A program made the translations under genes and the position numbers. The notes beneath the pieces were generated by a model, which was not told the DNA's origin, searched no databases, and saw only the letters and a program-made list of their open reading frames with translations. From NCBI GenBank assembly GCA_036407095.1, contig DASWZV010000065.1, positions 27,262 through 91,261 of the forward strand: a stretch of 64,000 bases of DNA, read 5' to 3'. This DNA is from Vicinamibacterales bacterium (GTDB lineage: Bacteria > Acidobacteriota > Vicinamibacteria > Vicinamibacterales > UBA2999). Shown piece after piece: positions 36,991 through 46,776 of the stretch (position 1 is its first letter; each line of letters starts with the position of its first letter).

Positions 36991-37228
36991 AGGGGGGCGC
37001 GGTGATTATCGATCAATTTGACCGCAGCTGCGTCGTGATCCGTCTTCATCGACCGGAACGGCTCGAAAATTCACATGAACGGAGGAGATATGAACCCCAG
37101 AGAGACATCGTGTGCAGGAGTTGACCGCGATGGTGCTGGCGAGATCGTAGGCACGGACACGCCCTGTTGTCCGTGCCTCGAGCTCAAGAAGACGGTTCAT
37201 TCACGCACGTTCCGCGGTCTATACCGAA

Positions 37229-37708
37229 TCAGAAGTCGATCGTTCCGGTGAGATGTCCGAGGACGCCGGAGGGCGGCAGGACACTGCCCTCGGCGCTGAT
37301 GACCCCGTCACCCGACGCGGCGGAAAACCGTCCTGTGCCGCCGGTGATCGTAAAGAGGCCGGCTGCCTTCACCTCATTGGCTGGGAAATTGATTTGCGCG
37401 ATCGTCGTGTACGTGCCGGTCACCTGCTCACCGGTGGCGGACGTCATGACGATCTGTCCGTGAACGATCGTGTCCGGGCCGCACGCATCGACGGACTCCG
37501 ACGACTGCCAGGTAATCGTGCCCATGTGGGTGGCATAGCCGGTCCCGGTTTCGGTGTTTTGAATGGTGCACCCAGTGACGACCGGTTGGGCGTTACCATC
37601 GAGGACAACCGTGAACGGGCGCGATTGAGAGCTGGCCGCTACCGTGGCGGCGGTCAATGCCATCAGCGCACCGAGTGTCCCAAGACGAAGAGAACGTGCT
37701 GTTCGCAT
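37229..37708 (-). CDS. Secreted hypothetical protein
   Basis: The internal start MRTARSLRLGTLGALMALTAATVAASSQ gives a signal peptide. The mature part is Thr/Gly-rich and looks like a beta-sandwich. Confidence 0.55.
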   Translation of the reverse strand: MRTARSLRLGTLGALMALTAATVAASSQSRPFTVVLDGNAQPVVTGCTIQNTETGTGYATHMGTITWQSSESVDACGPDTIVHGQIVMTSATGEQVTGTYTTIAQINFPANEVKAAGLFTITGGTGRFSAASGDGVISAEGSVLPPSGVLGHLTGTIDF

Positions 37709-37822
37709 ACCGACCTCCCGGGGCAAGCCAATGCCCCTCACTCGATACGGCGCTCTCTGTCCGCAAAAGGGCTCACTCCCCACACCAGTCCAATCGAAAT
37801 GTAGAATCGCTCGTCGACGCGC

Positions 37823-38401
37823 ATGGACATGGCTTCCTCACGCTCGCAGATCTCTGCGGTCCTTGCGGATTGGGCGAATCGGGACAAGGCGGACCGCGAT
37901 CGACTTCTGCCGCTCCTGTACGAAGAGCTGCGCCGACTCGCGCACCACTACATGCGAGGTGAGCGCGCCGGACACACGCTCCAGACGACTGCACTCGTGA
38001 ACGAGGTTTACGTCAAGCTGGCCGGTCTCGAGCGGATGCGGTGGCGTGACCGCTCGCACTTCATGGCCACCGTTGCGACGCTGATGCGCCGCATCCTCGT
38101 CGACTATGCGAGGAGCCGCCTGCGCGACAAGCGGGGCGGCGATCTGTCAATCACCTCGTTCGATGAAGAGCAGCACGACTGCTCCGATGAGAGACGTGGG
38201 CTCACGCTGCTCGCCCTCGATGAGGCGCTGACGATGCTCGCGGTGGTCGATTCGCGCCAGGCGCAGATCGTCGAGATGCGATTCTTCGGCGGTCTGACCG
38301 TCGAAGAGACGGGACAGGCGCTCGGGGTATCGGTGGCAACCGTCAAACGTGATTGGGCCACCGCCAAGGCGTGGCTGTATCGCGCGGTCAGCCAGCCGTG
38401 A
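37823..38401 (+). CDS. ECF-type sigma-70 factor (TIGR02999-like, kinase-associated group)
   Basis: LLPLLYEELRRLAHHYMRGERAGHTLQTTALVNEVYVKL (region 2). LTVEETGQALGVSVATVKRDWATAKAWL (region 4). Confidence 0.85.
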   Translation: MDMASSRSQISAVLADWANRDKADRDRLLPLLYEELRRLAHHYMRGERAGHTLQTTALVNEVYVKLAGLERMRWRDRSHFMATVATLMRRILVDYARSRLRDKRGGDLSITSFDEEQHDCSDERRGLTLLALDEALTMLAVVDSRQAQIVEMRFFGGLTVEETGQALGVSVATVKRDWATAKAWLYRAVSQP

Positions 38402-38416
38402 CAGAGTGAGGCGGTC

Positions 38417-40939
38417 GTGCACTCCGAACAGTGGGCACTAATCAAGGACCTGCTCGCAACCGCATTGGCGTTGCCTGCCAACGCGCGCCCTGGCTATCTC
38501 TCGCACGCGTGTGCCGGCGACATCTCATTGCAGCGCGAGGTGGAAGATCTGCTCGCGGCATCCAATCGGACGGATGACTTTCTCGAACAGCGAGCGAACG
38601 ATCTGCTCACGGAACAGGCAGGGCCGGAGGCGGATCTCGCCGGACGATCGATCGGGCACTACAACGTCGTGTCTCGAATCGGCAGCGGAGCAACCGGCGA
38701 CGTCTATCTCGCCCGCGACGATCGGCTGGATCGCCGCGTCGCGTTGAAGCGATTGGCGATTCACCTCGCGCTGGAACCGCAAAATCTGTTTCGGTTCCGC
38801 ACCGAAGCGCGCGCCGCATCGGGCCTGAATCATCCCAACATCCTGATCATTCACGACGTTGGCGATCTCGACGGCCGGCCGTTCATCGTCAGCGAATTCG
38901 TGGAAGGCGAAACGCTGCGCGCACGCCTGACGCGCGGGCGGCTTGCAGTCCACGAAGCCGTGCGCATCGCGGCACAGATCGCCGACGCCCTGGCCGCCGC
39001 GCATGAGCGCGGGATCCTGCACCGCGACATCAAGCCCGAGAACGTGATGGTGAGGCCGGATGGGCACGTGAAGATTCTCGACTTCGGTCTGGCGAAGCTG
39101 CTGCAGCCGGCCGAACCGCACGAGGCGTCAGTCGTGCGAACGCTGCCGGGTCTGCTGCTCGGGACTCCGCGCTACATGTCGCCTGAACAGGCACGTGGCC
39201 TCGACGTCGACGCGCGCTCCGACATCTGGAGCGTCGGTGTCGTTCTCTATGAGATGCTCGCGGCTCGTCCCCCGTTTGAGGGCGGGACACCGAGCGACGT
39301 CATCGCCGCCATTCTGCACTTCGAGCCGCAGCCGCTCGATGACGATCTGGCGATCCCGCGAGCGGTCACCGACATCCTGACTCGAACGCTCGAGAAGGAT
39401 CTCGGGCGCAGGTTTGGAAGCGTTCGGGAGCTGTACGCGGCGCTCGAGTGCGTGCGCACCACGCTCGAGTCGGGTGGAACGCTTCCCACGAGCGCGTCCG
39501 AATCGCCTGGACCAGCAGCCTCCGGCGTGCTCGTAGGCCGGGTGCGATTGATGGTGCTGCCGTTTCGACTGCTCGCGTCTGATCCCGGCCTCGATTTCCT
39601 GCGGTTCAGCCTCGCGGACGCCATCGTCTCCGCTCTCAGCGAGATCTCCGCGCTCACTGTCAGGTCCAGCCTGCTGGCCAGCCGGTTCGGTGCCGGCGAA
39701 ATCGATTTGACTCGCATAGCTGCGGAAGCCGATGTCAACGTGGTGTTGAACGGCACGATCATGCCGTCTGGCGATCGTGTTCGCGTCGGCAGCGAACTGA
39801 TCGAGGCCCCCGGCGGCCGTATCGTCTGGGCGACTTCGTCGGAAACAGAGGCCGGCGATTTCTTCCAACTGCAGGATCGCGTCGTCACCCGGATCGTCGA
39901 GTCTCTTGCCAGGCCGTTGACCGTGCCCGATCAGATCGCAGTACGGCGCGACGTTCCGTCGAGCACCGCCGCGTACGAGTCGTACCTGCGAGCCAACGAG
40001 CTGGCGCGGCACCCGGCAGGATTCGAGGAGGCGCTCGGTCTGTATCGGAAGTGCCTCGATGCCGACCCTCGGTTCGCGCCGGCCTGGGCGCGCCTCGGCC
40101 GTCTCTACCGGGTGATCGGCAAGTACAGCGGTCAGGACGTTGCCCGATGGTTCCGGCAGGCCGACGAGGCATTCGAGCGGGCGATGTCGCTCAACCCCGA
40201 GCTCTCGGTCGCGCAGAACAACTACGCGTATCTGCAGGTGGATATGGGCCGGGCAGTCGCCTCGATGGTCAGGCTGCTGACGAGGGCGAGGCGACGTCCA
40301 ACTGATGCCGACCTCTACGCAGGCCTGGTCCACGCCTGCCGCTATGCGGGGCTGCTCGATGCGTCCGCCGCTGCACATCGATGCGCGATCGCGATCGATC
40401 CGTTGATCCCGACCACAGCGCTGCAGACGTATTTCATGCGTGGGGAGCTGGACGTCGCGCTCGACGAAAGCCGAAAGATCGCCGGTGGCTCGCTGCGGGC
40501 GATGGTGCTGTCGCTTCTCGACCGTGAAGCCGAGGCGATCGCGTATCTGAAAGAACAGGAGCAGCGTCTTTCGCACTTCACGATTCGCCAATACAGCGTC
40601 GCGCTTCGTACACTGCTCGAAGGCGATCGGCAGGAATGCCTTGCGGCAATCGATCATCTGCTGACGATCGACTTCCCTGATCCGGAAGGGCTGTACTGGC
40701 TCGCTCGCTACCTCTCCAGGCTCGACGACCCGCGCGCGCAGGAGACGCTCGACGCAGCCATCGATGGGGGCTTCAACGCCGTGCGGATGATGCGCTGGGA
40801 TCCGTGGCTGGAGCGGCTCCGTGGCACGCCATCGTTTGACGTCACTGCGCGCAAGGCGGGCGTGCAGTATCGTGCCGCAGTGTCTGCGTTCGTCGACGCG
40901 GGAGGCACCCACGTTCTGGGTCCGGCCAGCGCGGCCTGA
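38417..40939 (+). CDS. Ser/Thr protein kinase with a C-terminal TolB-N-like/TPR-like region
   Basis: IGSGATGDVYLARD...VALKRL, HRDIKPENVMV, DFGLAKL and GTPRYMSPEQ. The start lies 16 nt downstream of the sigma gene stop. Confidence 0.9.
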   Translation: MHSEQWALIKDLLATALALPANARPGYLSHACAGDISLQREVEDLLAASNRTDDFLEQRANDLLTEQAGPEADLAGRSIGHYNVVSRIGSGATGDVYLARDDRLDRRVALKRLAIHLALEPQNLFRFRTEARAASGLNHPNILIIHDVGDLDGRPFIVSEFVEGETLRARLTRGRLAVHEAVRIAAQIADALAAAHERGILHRDIKPENVMVRPDGHVKILDFGLAKLLQPAEPHEASVVRTLPGLLLGTPRYMSPEQARGLDVDARSDIWSVGVVLYEMLAARPPFEGGTPSDVIAAILHFEPQPLDDDLAIPRAVTDILTRTLEKDLGRRFGSVRELYAALECVRTTLESGGTLPTSASESPGPAASGVLVGRVRLMVLPFRLLASDPGLDFLRFSLADAIVSALSEISALTVRSSLLASRFGAGEIDLTRIAAEADVNVVLNGTIMPSGDRVRVGSELIEAPGGRIVWATSSETEAGDFFQLQDRVVTRIVESLARPLTVPDQIAVRRDVPSSTAAYESYLRANELARHPAGFEEALGLYRKCLDADPRFAPAWARLGRLYRVIGKYSGQDVARWFRQADEAFERAMSLNPELSVAQNNYAYLQVDMGRAVASMVRLLTRARRRPTDADLYAGLVHACRYAGLLDASAAAHRCAIAIDPLIPTTALQTYFMRGELDVALDESRKIAGGSLRAMVLSLLDREAEAIAYLKEQEQRLSHFTIRQYSVALRTLLEGDRQECLAAIDHLLTIDFPDPEGLYWLARYLSRLDDPRAQETLDAAIDGGFNAVRMMRWDPWLERLRGTPSFDVTARKAGVQYRAAVSAFVDAGGTHVLGPASAA

Positions 40940-40974
40940 CCGTCCGTGACAAGAGCGTGTTAGGATTCGCACCT

Positions 40975-41991
40975 ATGAAACTGGCCTCAATCCGTCTTGC
41001 ATTCGCGACCACGGCGATCGGCATGCTCGGGTGCATGGCCCTCGCGGCCCAAGGGGCGGCGCAGCAGCCACCAGCCGGCACGAACAACGGCGTCCAGGTA
41101 GCGGTGCCGCAAGGGGGTGCCGCGGATCAAGCCCAGGATGCTGCACGTCAGAATCGGCAACAGGCGGCCAGAGGCCGGCTGGCCAACCAACCAGCGCCTC
41201 GCGACCCGAGCGGTCACATCGTATTGGGCAACACTGCAACGCTCAAAGGAGTCTGGGTCGGAGGAAACCTCGGTTTCTGCAACGGCAACGCCGCGGCCGC
41301 TCCCCCATCGCTCAACCCGGGCGCTGGGCCGCAAGGCGGTCGCGCTGCCGGCGGCGGCGCGGCACCCGGTAGAGCCGGCGGCTTCGGTCGTGGCGCGGCC
41401 GGCCCGTGCACCGCGATTCCGTACATGGAGTGGACACGCGCGGTGTCCGACGATCGCCGCCGGATGCAACTCGAGCCGCACACCCGTTGCAAGCCGTCGG
41501 GAGGCCCGCGCCAGTGGCTGACACCTTACGGTGCGGAATTCCTGGAACTGCCCGACGCGAAGGTCGCCTATATCTTCGACATCGGCGGCCCGCACACCTA
41601 CCGCACGATCTACATGGACCGCCGCAAGCATCCGGATACGCTCACGCCGAGCTTCTACGGCGACTCGATCGGCTGGTGGGAAGGCGACACGCTGGTCGTC
41701 GATACGGTCGGCTTCAACGAGGGCTTCTGGATCGATCGCGGCCAGCTTCCGCACACGTCGCAGCTGCACCTGATCGAGAAGTACACGCGCACCGCGCTCG
41801 ACTCGATGAAATACGAGCTGACCATCGACGATCCGGGGGCCTACACGTCGACGTTCACCGGCGTCTCGAACCTGCGCTGGGAGAACGGGACGGAGCTGTT
41901 CGAATACATTTGCCAGCAGCAGAACTATGCGCCCACCCTGATGGTCGGCGAAGGCACGAAGGTGGACCGCTCGAGTCCGATCGTTCCCTAG
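40975..41991 (+). CDS. Secreted hypothetical protein with a Gly/Ala/Arg-rich linker
   Basis: Signal peptide MKLASIRLAFATTAIGMLGCMALAAQG. Conserved-looking C-terminal domain (FYGDSIGWWEGDTLVVDTVGFNEGFWID). Confidence 0.65.
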   Translation: MKLASIRLAFATTAIGMLGCMALAAQGAAQQPPAGTNNGVQVAVPQGGAADQAQDAARQNRQQAARGRLANQPAPRDPSGHIVLGNTATLKGVWVGGNLGFCNGNAAAAPPSLNPGAGPQGGRAAGGGAAPGRAGGFGRGAAGPCTAIPYMEWTRAVSDDRRRMQLEPHTRCKPSGGPRQWLTPYGAEFLELPDAKVAYIFDIGGPHTYRTIYMDRRKHPDTLTPSFYGDSIGWWEGDTLVVDTVGFNEGFWIDRGQLPHTSQLHLIEKYTRTALDSMKYELTIDDPGAYTSTFTGVSNLRWENGTELFEYICQQQNYAPTLMVGEGTKVDRSSPIVP

Positions 41992-42056
41992 ATCAGCGGC
42001 CTGGCGGCTCGGCGTGTTGCAACCATCGGCCTGAGGGCGGCGGGTTCCGAGACACG

Positions 42057-42683
42057 ATGTATCTCGCGATCGCTGTGAACTGGCGTGCGTGTGCGCTCTG
42101 CGTGCTGCTGTGCGCGACGTCAACCCCTTCTGCTCTTGCGCAGACGCAACCTCGCACGGAACTGGGCGTTCAATTCGTGACGGCGGCCTCCTCGGAATTC
42201 CATTCCACCGATATAGGCGTCAGTATCAGCGCTTCGTGGCGTCCGAACGAGAGCTTCGGTCCCGAAGGTGAGGTCGCGTTCTACTTGAAGGATTTTCCCG
42301 AGGCCCCCGCGTTCAGCAGCAGCCGGATCGAGGTACTGGGCGGCGTCTCCGGGGGACCACAGGTTCGGAACGTGAGGCCGTTCGCCAAGGCGCGCGCGGG
42401 GTTCGTCAGCTTTCGCGAGGCTCCGGGGCCGTTTCCCTGCATCGCGATCTTTCCGCCGCCGCTTCAATGTGTGCTTGCCGCCGGCAAAACAGTGCTCGCG
42501 ATCGATCTCGGGGGCGGAATCGAGATCTATCCGACCGGCCGCACATTCGTGCGAGTTGATGTGAGCGATCGCGCGCTCCGCTATCCCGGCACGGTGTTGG
42601 ACGCGAATAGCCAGGTTCGAAATGACCCGTTTTTCAGCCACGACTTCCGCTTCGCGATCGGCGGTGGCATGCGCTTCCGATGA
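42057..42683 (+). CDS. Small outer-membrane beta-barrel protein (putative)
   Basis: The internal start MYLAIAVNWRACALCVLLCATSTPSALAQ gives a signal peptide. The C-terminus is DFRFAIGGGMRFR. The track ORF extends upstream into the previous gene. Confidence 0.6.
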   Translation: MYLAIAVNWRACALCVLLCATSTPSALAQTQPRTELGVQFVTAASSEFHSTDIGVSISASWRPNESFGPEGEVAFYLKDFPEAPAFSSSRIEVLGGVSGGPQVRNVRPFAKARAGFVSFREAPGPFPCIAIFPPPLQCVLAAGKTVLAIDLGGGIEIYPTGRTFVRVDVSDRALRYPGTVLDANSQVRNDPFFSHDFRFAIGGGMRFR

Positions 42684-42965
42684 TCGCGAATAGACAAGAT
42701 AGGGACCAGCGTCGCCGGCGCTCTAGTGATCCTCCGCCGGCATGACCGCGAACGCCGTGGCCGGCTCGAACTTGTAGCGCTACCACGAAACTCAACTGTG
42801 CCGATTCGGCTCGTTTGGAGCAGTGGACCTGCTCTCTCGCAACCGGTGACGAGCGAACGTTCAACATCGCTCTCGGAAGGAAGAGGCATGCGGACCTCCC
42901 CTTGACACTGCGCATCGAAGGCCAGCACACTCCGTCGCGCACGTCGAGTAGGCAAGGAGTCCGGA

Positions 42966-45434
42966 ATGCGAGCCTGTGTCGGTATCTTGTTGGGCATTGC
43001 CACCGCGATTGTGGCGGCAGCTTCGAGCAGCGTGCCGGCCGGAGCTGCCGCTCGGGGTGAGGTACGGACGGCCGCGTCACTGTCGCAGGCCCAGACGATT
43101 CGCGAGTTCACAAAGCAGTACTGCATCACGTGTCATAACGCGCGCCTGAAGACCGGCGGCCTTGTGCTCGAGTCGCGGGATGTCGATCACCCGGCAACGG
43201 ACGCTGACGTATGGGAAAAGGTCATCCGCAAAGTACAAGTCGGCATGATGCCGCCCGGCGGAGTTCCTCAACCGGACGCTGCGACGCGGCGCGCACTCGT
43301 GACGGCGTTGTCGGGAGCGCTCGATGACGCGGCTCGGGCCAACCCGGACCCGGGTCGTCCGGCACTGCATCGCCTGAACCGCACCGAGTACGCCTACGCG
43401 ATCCGCGATCTGCTGGATCTCGAAGTCGACCCCACCACCTTGCTGCCGCCTGACGACTCGGCATATGGGTTCGACAACGTTGCCGACGTCTTGGGTGTGA
43501 ACGCGACGCTGATGGAACAGTACGTGAGCGCAGCGGGCAAGGTCAGCTCGCTCGCGGTGGGCGATCCCGACGTCAGTCCGGCCGCGGAGGTCTACACCAT
43601 TCCACAGGACGCCTCGCAGGACAGACACGTGGAGGGACTCCCGTTCGGAACAATTGGCGGCGTTCTCGCCTTACCCACCATCCAGGTCGCGGGCCAGTAC
43701 GAGCTGTCCTCCAAGTTCTTCCGCACGAACCTGGGCGTGCTTCGCGGTCTCGAGTACGAACACGTCCTGGAATACGCCGTGGACGGCGTCCGCGTCCATC
43801 TCACCAAACTGGGCGGACCGGACGATTGGGCCGCGAATCTGGAGAACAACACGCTCATCGCGGATCAGATCGAGGAGCGCGCCAAGGCTCGGGTGTCGTT
43901 GACGGCCGGGCCGCACGAGATCACGGCCGCCTGGATCAAGAAAAGCGACGCGAGCGATCCCGTGAGAACGACGCGACCGATCCGCAGCTCGCATGACACC
44001 CGAGATCCTCTCGGCATTCCGCACCTGTCGACGTTCACGATCACCGGGCCGTTCACACCAACCGGTCCGGGCGATACGCCGAGTCGACGCAGGATATTCA
44101 CGTGCAAACCAGCGGTGGGCGCTGAGGAGCGGTGCGCCAGACAGATCGTGGCGGCCCTGATGCGCCGCGCCTATCGCGGACAAGGGACCGATGACGACGT
44201 CGAGCGGTTGATGGGTTTCTTCAGAGCGGGCCGGCAACAGCGCGATTTCGACCGCGGCATTCAAGTGGCCCTGCAGCGCGTACTCGCCAGCCCGAAATTC
44301 GTCTTCCGCGCCGAACGCGAACCCGAGCGGGTTGCTAGAGGGCGTGTCTACCGCCTCAGCGATCTCGAGCTGGCATCACGCCTGTCTTTCTTCCTCTGGA
44401 GCAGCATTCCGGACGATGAACTGATCAAAGTGGCCGCGGAGGGCCGGTTACATGAGCCGGCCGTCCTCGACCGCGAAGTGCGTCGCATGCTGGCCGACCA
44501 GAAGTCGGAGCGCTTCGTCACCAACTTCGCCGGCCAGTGGCTGTATCTGCGGAACCTCACGAATCATCAGCCGAATTCGATGATGTTCCCCGATTTCGAC
44601 GACAACCTCCGCCAGGCCTTCCGTCGCGAGGCGGAGCTGTTCTTCGACAGCATCGTGCGCGAGGATCACAACGTGCTCGACCTGATGACGGCCGACTACA
44701 CGTTCGTCGACGAACGGCTTGCCCGCCACTACGGGATTCCGAATGTGTACGGAAGCCAGTTCCGCCGCGTGACGCTGACCGATGATGCGCGCAAGGGGCT
44801 GCTCGGCAAGGGTGCGATCCTGATGGTGACGTCGCAAGCCACGCGAACCTCGCCTGTGGTGCGCGGCAAGTGGATTCTGGACAACATCCTGAACGCACCG
44901 CCGCCACCGCCGCCGGGCGTCGTGCCGCCGCTTCCGGAGCCCGATGAATCAGGTGGTCACGTGTTGTCGATGCGGCAGCGCATGGAAACGCACCGCAGGA
45001 ATCCGGTGTGTGCGAATTGTCATCGGCTGTTCGATCCGATCGGCCTCGCCATGGAGAACTTCGATGCCGTCGGCCGATGGCGCGCCCGAGACGGCGGTTC
45101 GCTGGGAGTGCCCATCGACGCGTCGGGCGAGCTGCTGGACGGCACAAAGGTGGACGGGGTGGTTTCGCTTCGGCGCGCGCTGCTGCACCAGCCCGAACTC
45201 TTCGTCGGAACTGTCGTCGAGAAGCTGATGACCTACGCGCTGGGCCGAGGCGTGGCGGCCGACGACATGCCCTCAGTGCGGACCATCATCCGCGAGGCGG
45301 CGACTCACGACTATCGATTCTCGACCCTCGTGCTCGGCATCGTGAAGAGCACGCCATTTACGATGCGCATCAAGGCATCGCCCGAGCGTGAGGCTCGGGT
45401 CAACGTGCTAGGATCGGGGCGCAACGGCCCGTAG
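42966..45434 (+). CDS. PSCyt/PSD multi-domain protein (DUF1587/1592/1595/1588/1585 type) with cytochrome c motifs
   Basis: CITCHNARLKTGGL (CxxCH). Second motif PVCANCHRLFDPIGL. Family-typical segments: LASRLSFFLWSSIPDDEL and RMLADQKSERFVTNFAGQWL. Confidence 0.85.
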   Translation: MRACVGILLGIATAIVAAASSSVPAGAAARGEVRTAASLSQAQTIREFTKQYCITCHNARLKTGGLVLESRDVDHPATDADVWEKVIRKVQVGMMPPGGVPQPDAATRRALVTALSGALDDAARANPDPGRPALHRLNRTEYAYAIRDLLDLEVDPTTLLPPDDSAYGFDNVADVLGVNATLMEQYVSAAGKVSSLAVGDPDVSPAAEVYTIPQDASQDRHVEGLPFGTIGGVLALPTIQVAGQYELSSKFFRTNLGVLRGLEYEHVLEYAVDGVRVHLTKLGGPDDWAANLENNTLIADQIEERAKARVSLTAGPHEITAAWIKKSDASDPVRTTRPIRSSHDTRDPLGIPHLSTFTITGPFTPTGPGDTPSRRRIFTCKPAVGAEERCARQIVAALMRRAYRGQGTDDDVERLMGFFRAGRQQRDFDRGIQVALQRVLASPKFVFRAEREPERVARGRVYRLSDLELASRLSFFLWSSIPDDELIKVAAEGRLHEPAVLDREVRRMLADQKSERFVTNFAGQWLYLRNLTNHQPNSMMFPDFDDNLRQAFRREAELFFDSIVREDHNVLDLMTADYTFVDERLARHYGIPNVYGSQFRRVTLTDDARKGLLGKGAILMVTSQATRTSPVVRGKWILDNILNAPPPPPPGVVPPLPEPDESGGHVLSMRQRMETHRRNPVCANCHRLFDPIGLAMENFDAVGRWRARDGGSLGVPIDASGELLDGTKVDGVVSLRRALLHQPELFVGTVVEKLMTYALGRGVAADDMPSVRTIIREAATHDYRFSTLVLGIVKSTPFTMRIKASPEREARVNVLGSGRNGP

Positions 45435-45447
45435 AAAGGAGCGACCG

Positions 45448-46764
45448 ATGTTCGTCTCCAAGAAGGCGTTAGCGCGTCGGACGGTTCTCCGTGGGATGGG
45501 CGCCACGTTGGCGCTGCCGCTCCTCGAAGCGATGATTCCGGCCCTGACGCCAACCGTCAAGACCGCCGCGAACCCACCTCGCCGGTTTGGAGCCGTGTTC
45601 GTGCCGCTCGGCGAGCGGCCCGGCTACTGGACGCCCGCCACCGTGGGATCGAACTTCGAATTCACTCCGATCCTCAAACCGATCGAGAAATTCCGCCAGC
45701 ACGTCACCGTCGTCTCGGAGTTGTGTGATCCGCTCGACGGACACGCGACGACCGTGTCGGCGTGGCTGAGCGGCGCCGTCCCGAAGAAGACGTTCGCCGA
45801 AGATGTCTACAGCGGGGAAACCGTCGATCAGGTCATCGCGCGCAAGATCGGACAGGAAACGCCGCTGCCCTCGCTCGAGCTCGCCACCGAGGACTTTACC
45901 GGCTACATCGGCGGCTGCGACACGCAGTACAGCTGCGCGTACATGAACACGATCTCATGGTCGTCGGCGACGACGCCGGTGCCGATGGAGATCAACCCGC
46001 GTGTCGTCTTCGAGCGTCTGTTCGGACGGCCCGGTACGGCCGTGCAGCGGAAACAGCGGAAGCAGACCGACAAGAGCATCCTCGATTCGCTCACTGACGA
46101 CGTGAAGGATCTGGAGCGCGGGCTTGGCGCTCGCGATCTCGGGCGTCTGCACGAGTACCTGGAACACGTCCGCGAGGTGGAGCGCCGCATTCAGTTGTCG
46201 GAGAAGACCGCCGCAAAGTCGCTACAGGACGTGGATGCGCCGTTCGGGATTCCCGAATCGTGGGAGGAACACGCACGACTGATGTTCGAGCTGGCGGCGC
46301 TGGCCTACCAGGCAGATATTACGCGTGTGTCGACGTTCATGATGGCGAAGGACGCCAGCATGATCTCGTACACCAACCTCGGTATTTCCGAACCGCATCA
46401 CTCGACCACGCACCACCTCGAGCTACCTGAGAGCATTCCGAACCTGGTGAAGATCAACACCTATCACATGAGCCTGTTCGCTGATTTTCTCGAGCGGCTC
46501 AGCACCACACCGGACGGCGATGGTTCGCTGCTCGATCACTCGCTGCTTCTCTTCGGCAGCGGGATGAGCGAGGCGAACACGCATTCACGGCTCAACATCC
46601 CCACGCTGCTGGTCGGTGGCGGGAGCGTCGGTTTCAAGAGCAACCGTCACATACAGACAGCACCCGAGACGCCGTTTGCGAACTGCCTGCTGTCGGTTGC
46701 CAACCTGTTCGGCTGCGATCTCGAGCGCTTCGGAACGCTGAGCACCGGCGAGGTTTCGATCTGA
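45448..46764 (+). CDS. DUF1552 family protein with a Tat-like signal
   Basis: RRTVLRGMGATLALPLLEAM. HHSTTHH and LLFGSGMSEANTHS are typical of the family. The start lies 13 nt after the PSCyt gene. Confidence 0.85.
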   Translation: MFVSKKALARRTVLRGMGATLALPLLEAMIPALTPTVKTAANPPRRFGAVFVPLGERPGYWTPATVGSNFEFTPILKPIEKFRQHVTVVSELCDPLDGHATTVSAWLSGAVPKKTFAEDVYSGETVDQVIARKIGQETPLPSLELATEDFTGYIGGCDTQYSCAYMNTISWSSATTPVPMEINPRVVFERLFGRPGTAVQRKQRKQTDKSILDSLTDDVKDLERGLGARDLGRLHEYLEHVREVERRIQLSEKTAAKSLQDVDAPFGIPESWEEHARLMFELAALAYQADITRVSTFMMAKDASMISYTNLGISEPHHSTTHHLELPESIPNLVKINTYHMSLFADFLERLSTTPDGDGSLLDHSLLLFGSGMSEANTHSRLNIPTLLVGGGSVGFKSNRHIQTAPETPFANCLLSVANLFGCDLERFGTLSTGEVSI

Positions 46765-46776
46765 TCGAGACGCGCC

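Noticed and set aside
37802-37807. TAGAAT -10-like hexamer 16 nt upstream of the ECF sigma start codon
   Set aside because: No acceptable -35 element lies at 16-18 bp (CCACAC). A single hexamer match is not enough to call a promoter.
39128-40972. 614-aa minus-strand ORF antisense to the Ser/Thr kinase
   Set aside because: All Hanks kinase motifs are in the plus-strand frame. The antisense ORF has no recognisable features.
40987-42123. 378-aa minus-strand ORF opposite the secreted protein gene at 40975-41991
   Set aside because: The plus-strand product has a signal peptide and a well-behaved globular C-terminal domain. The antisense product is Arg-rich.
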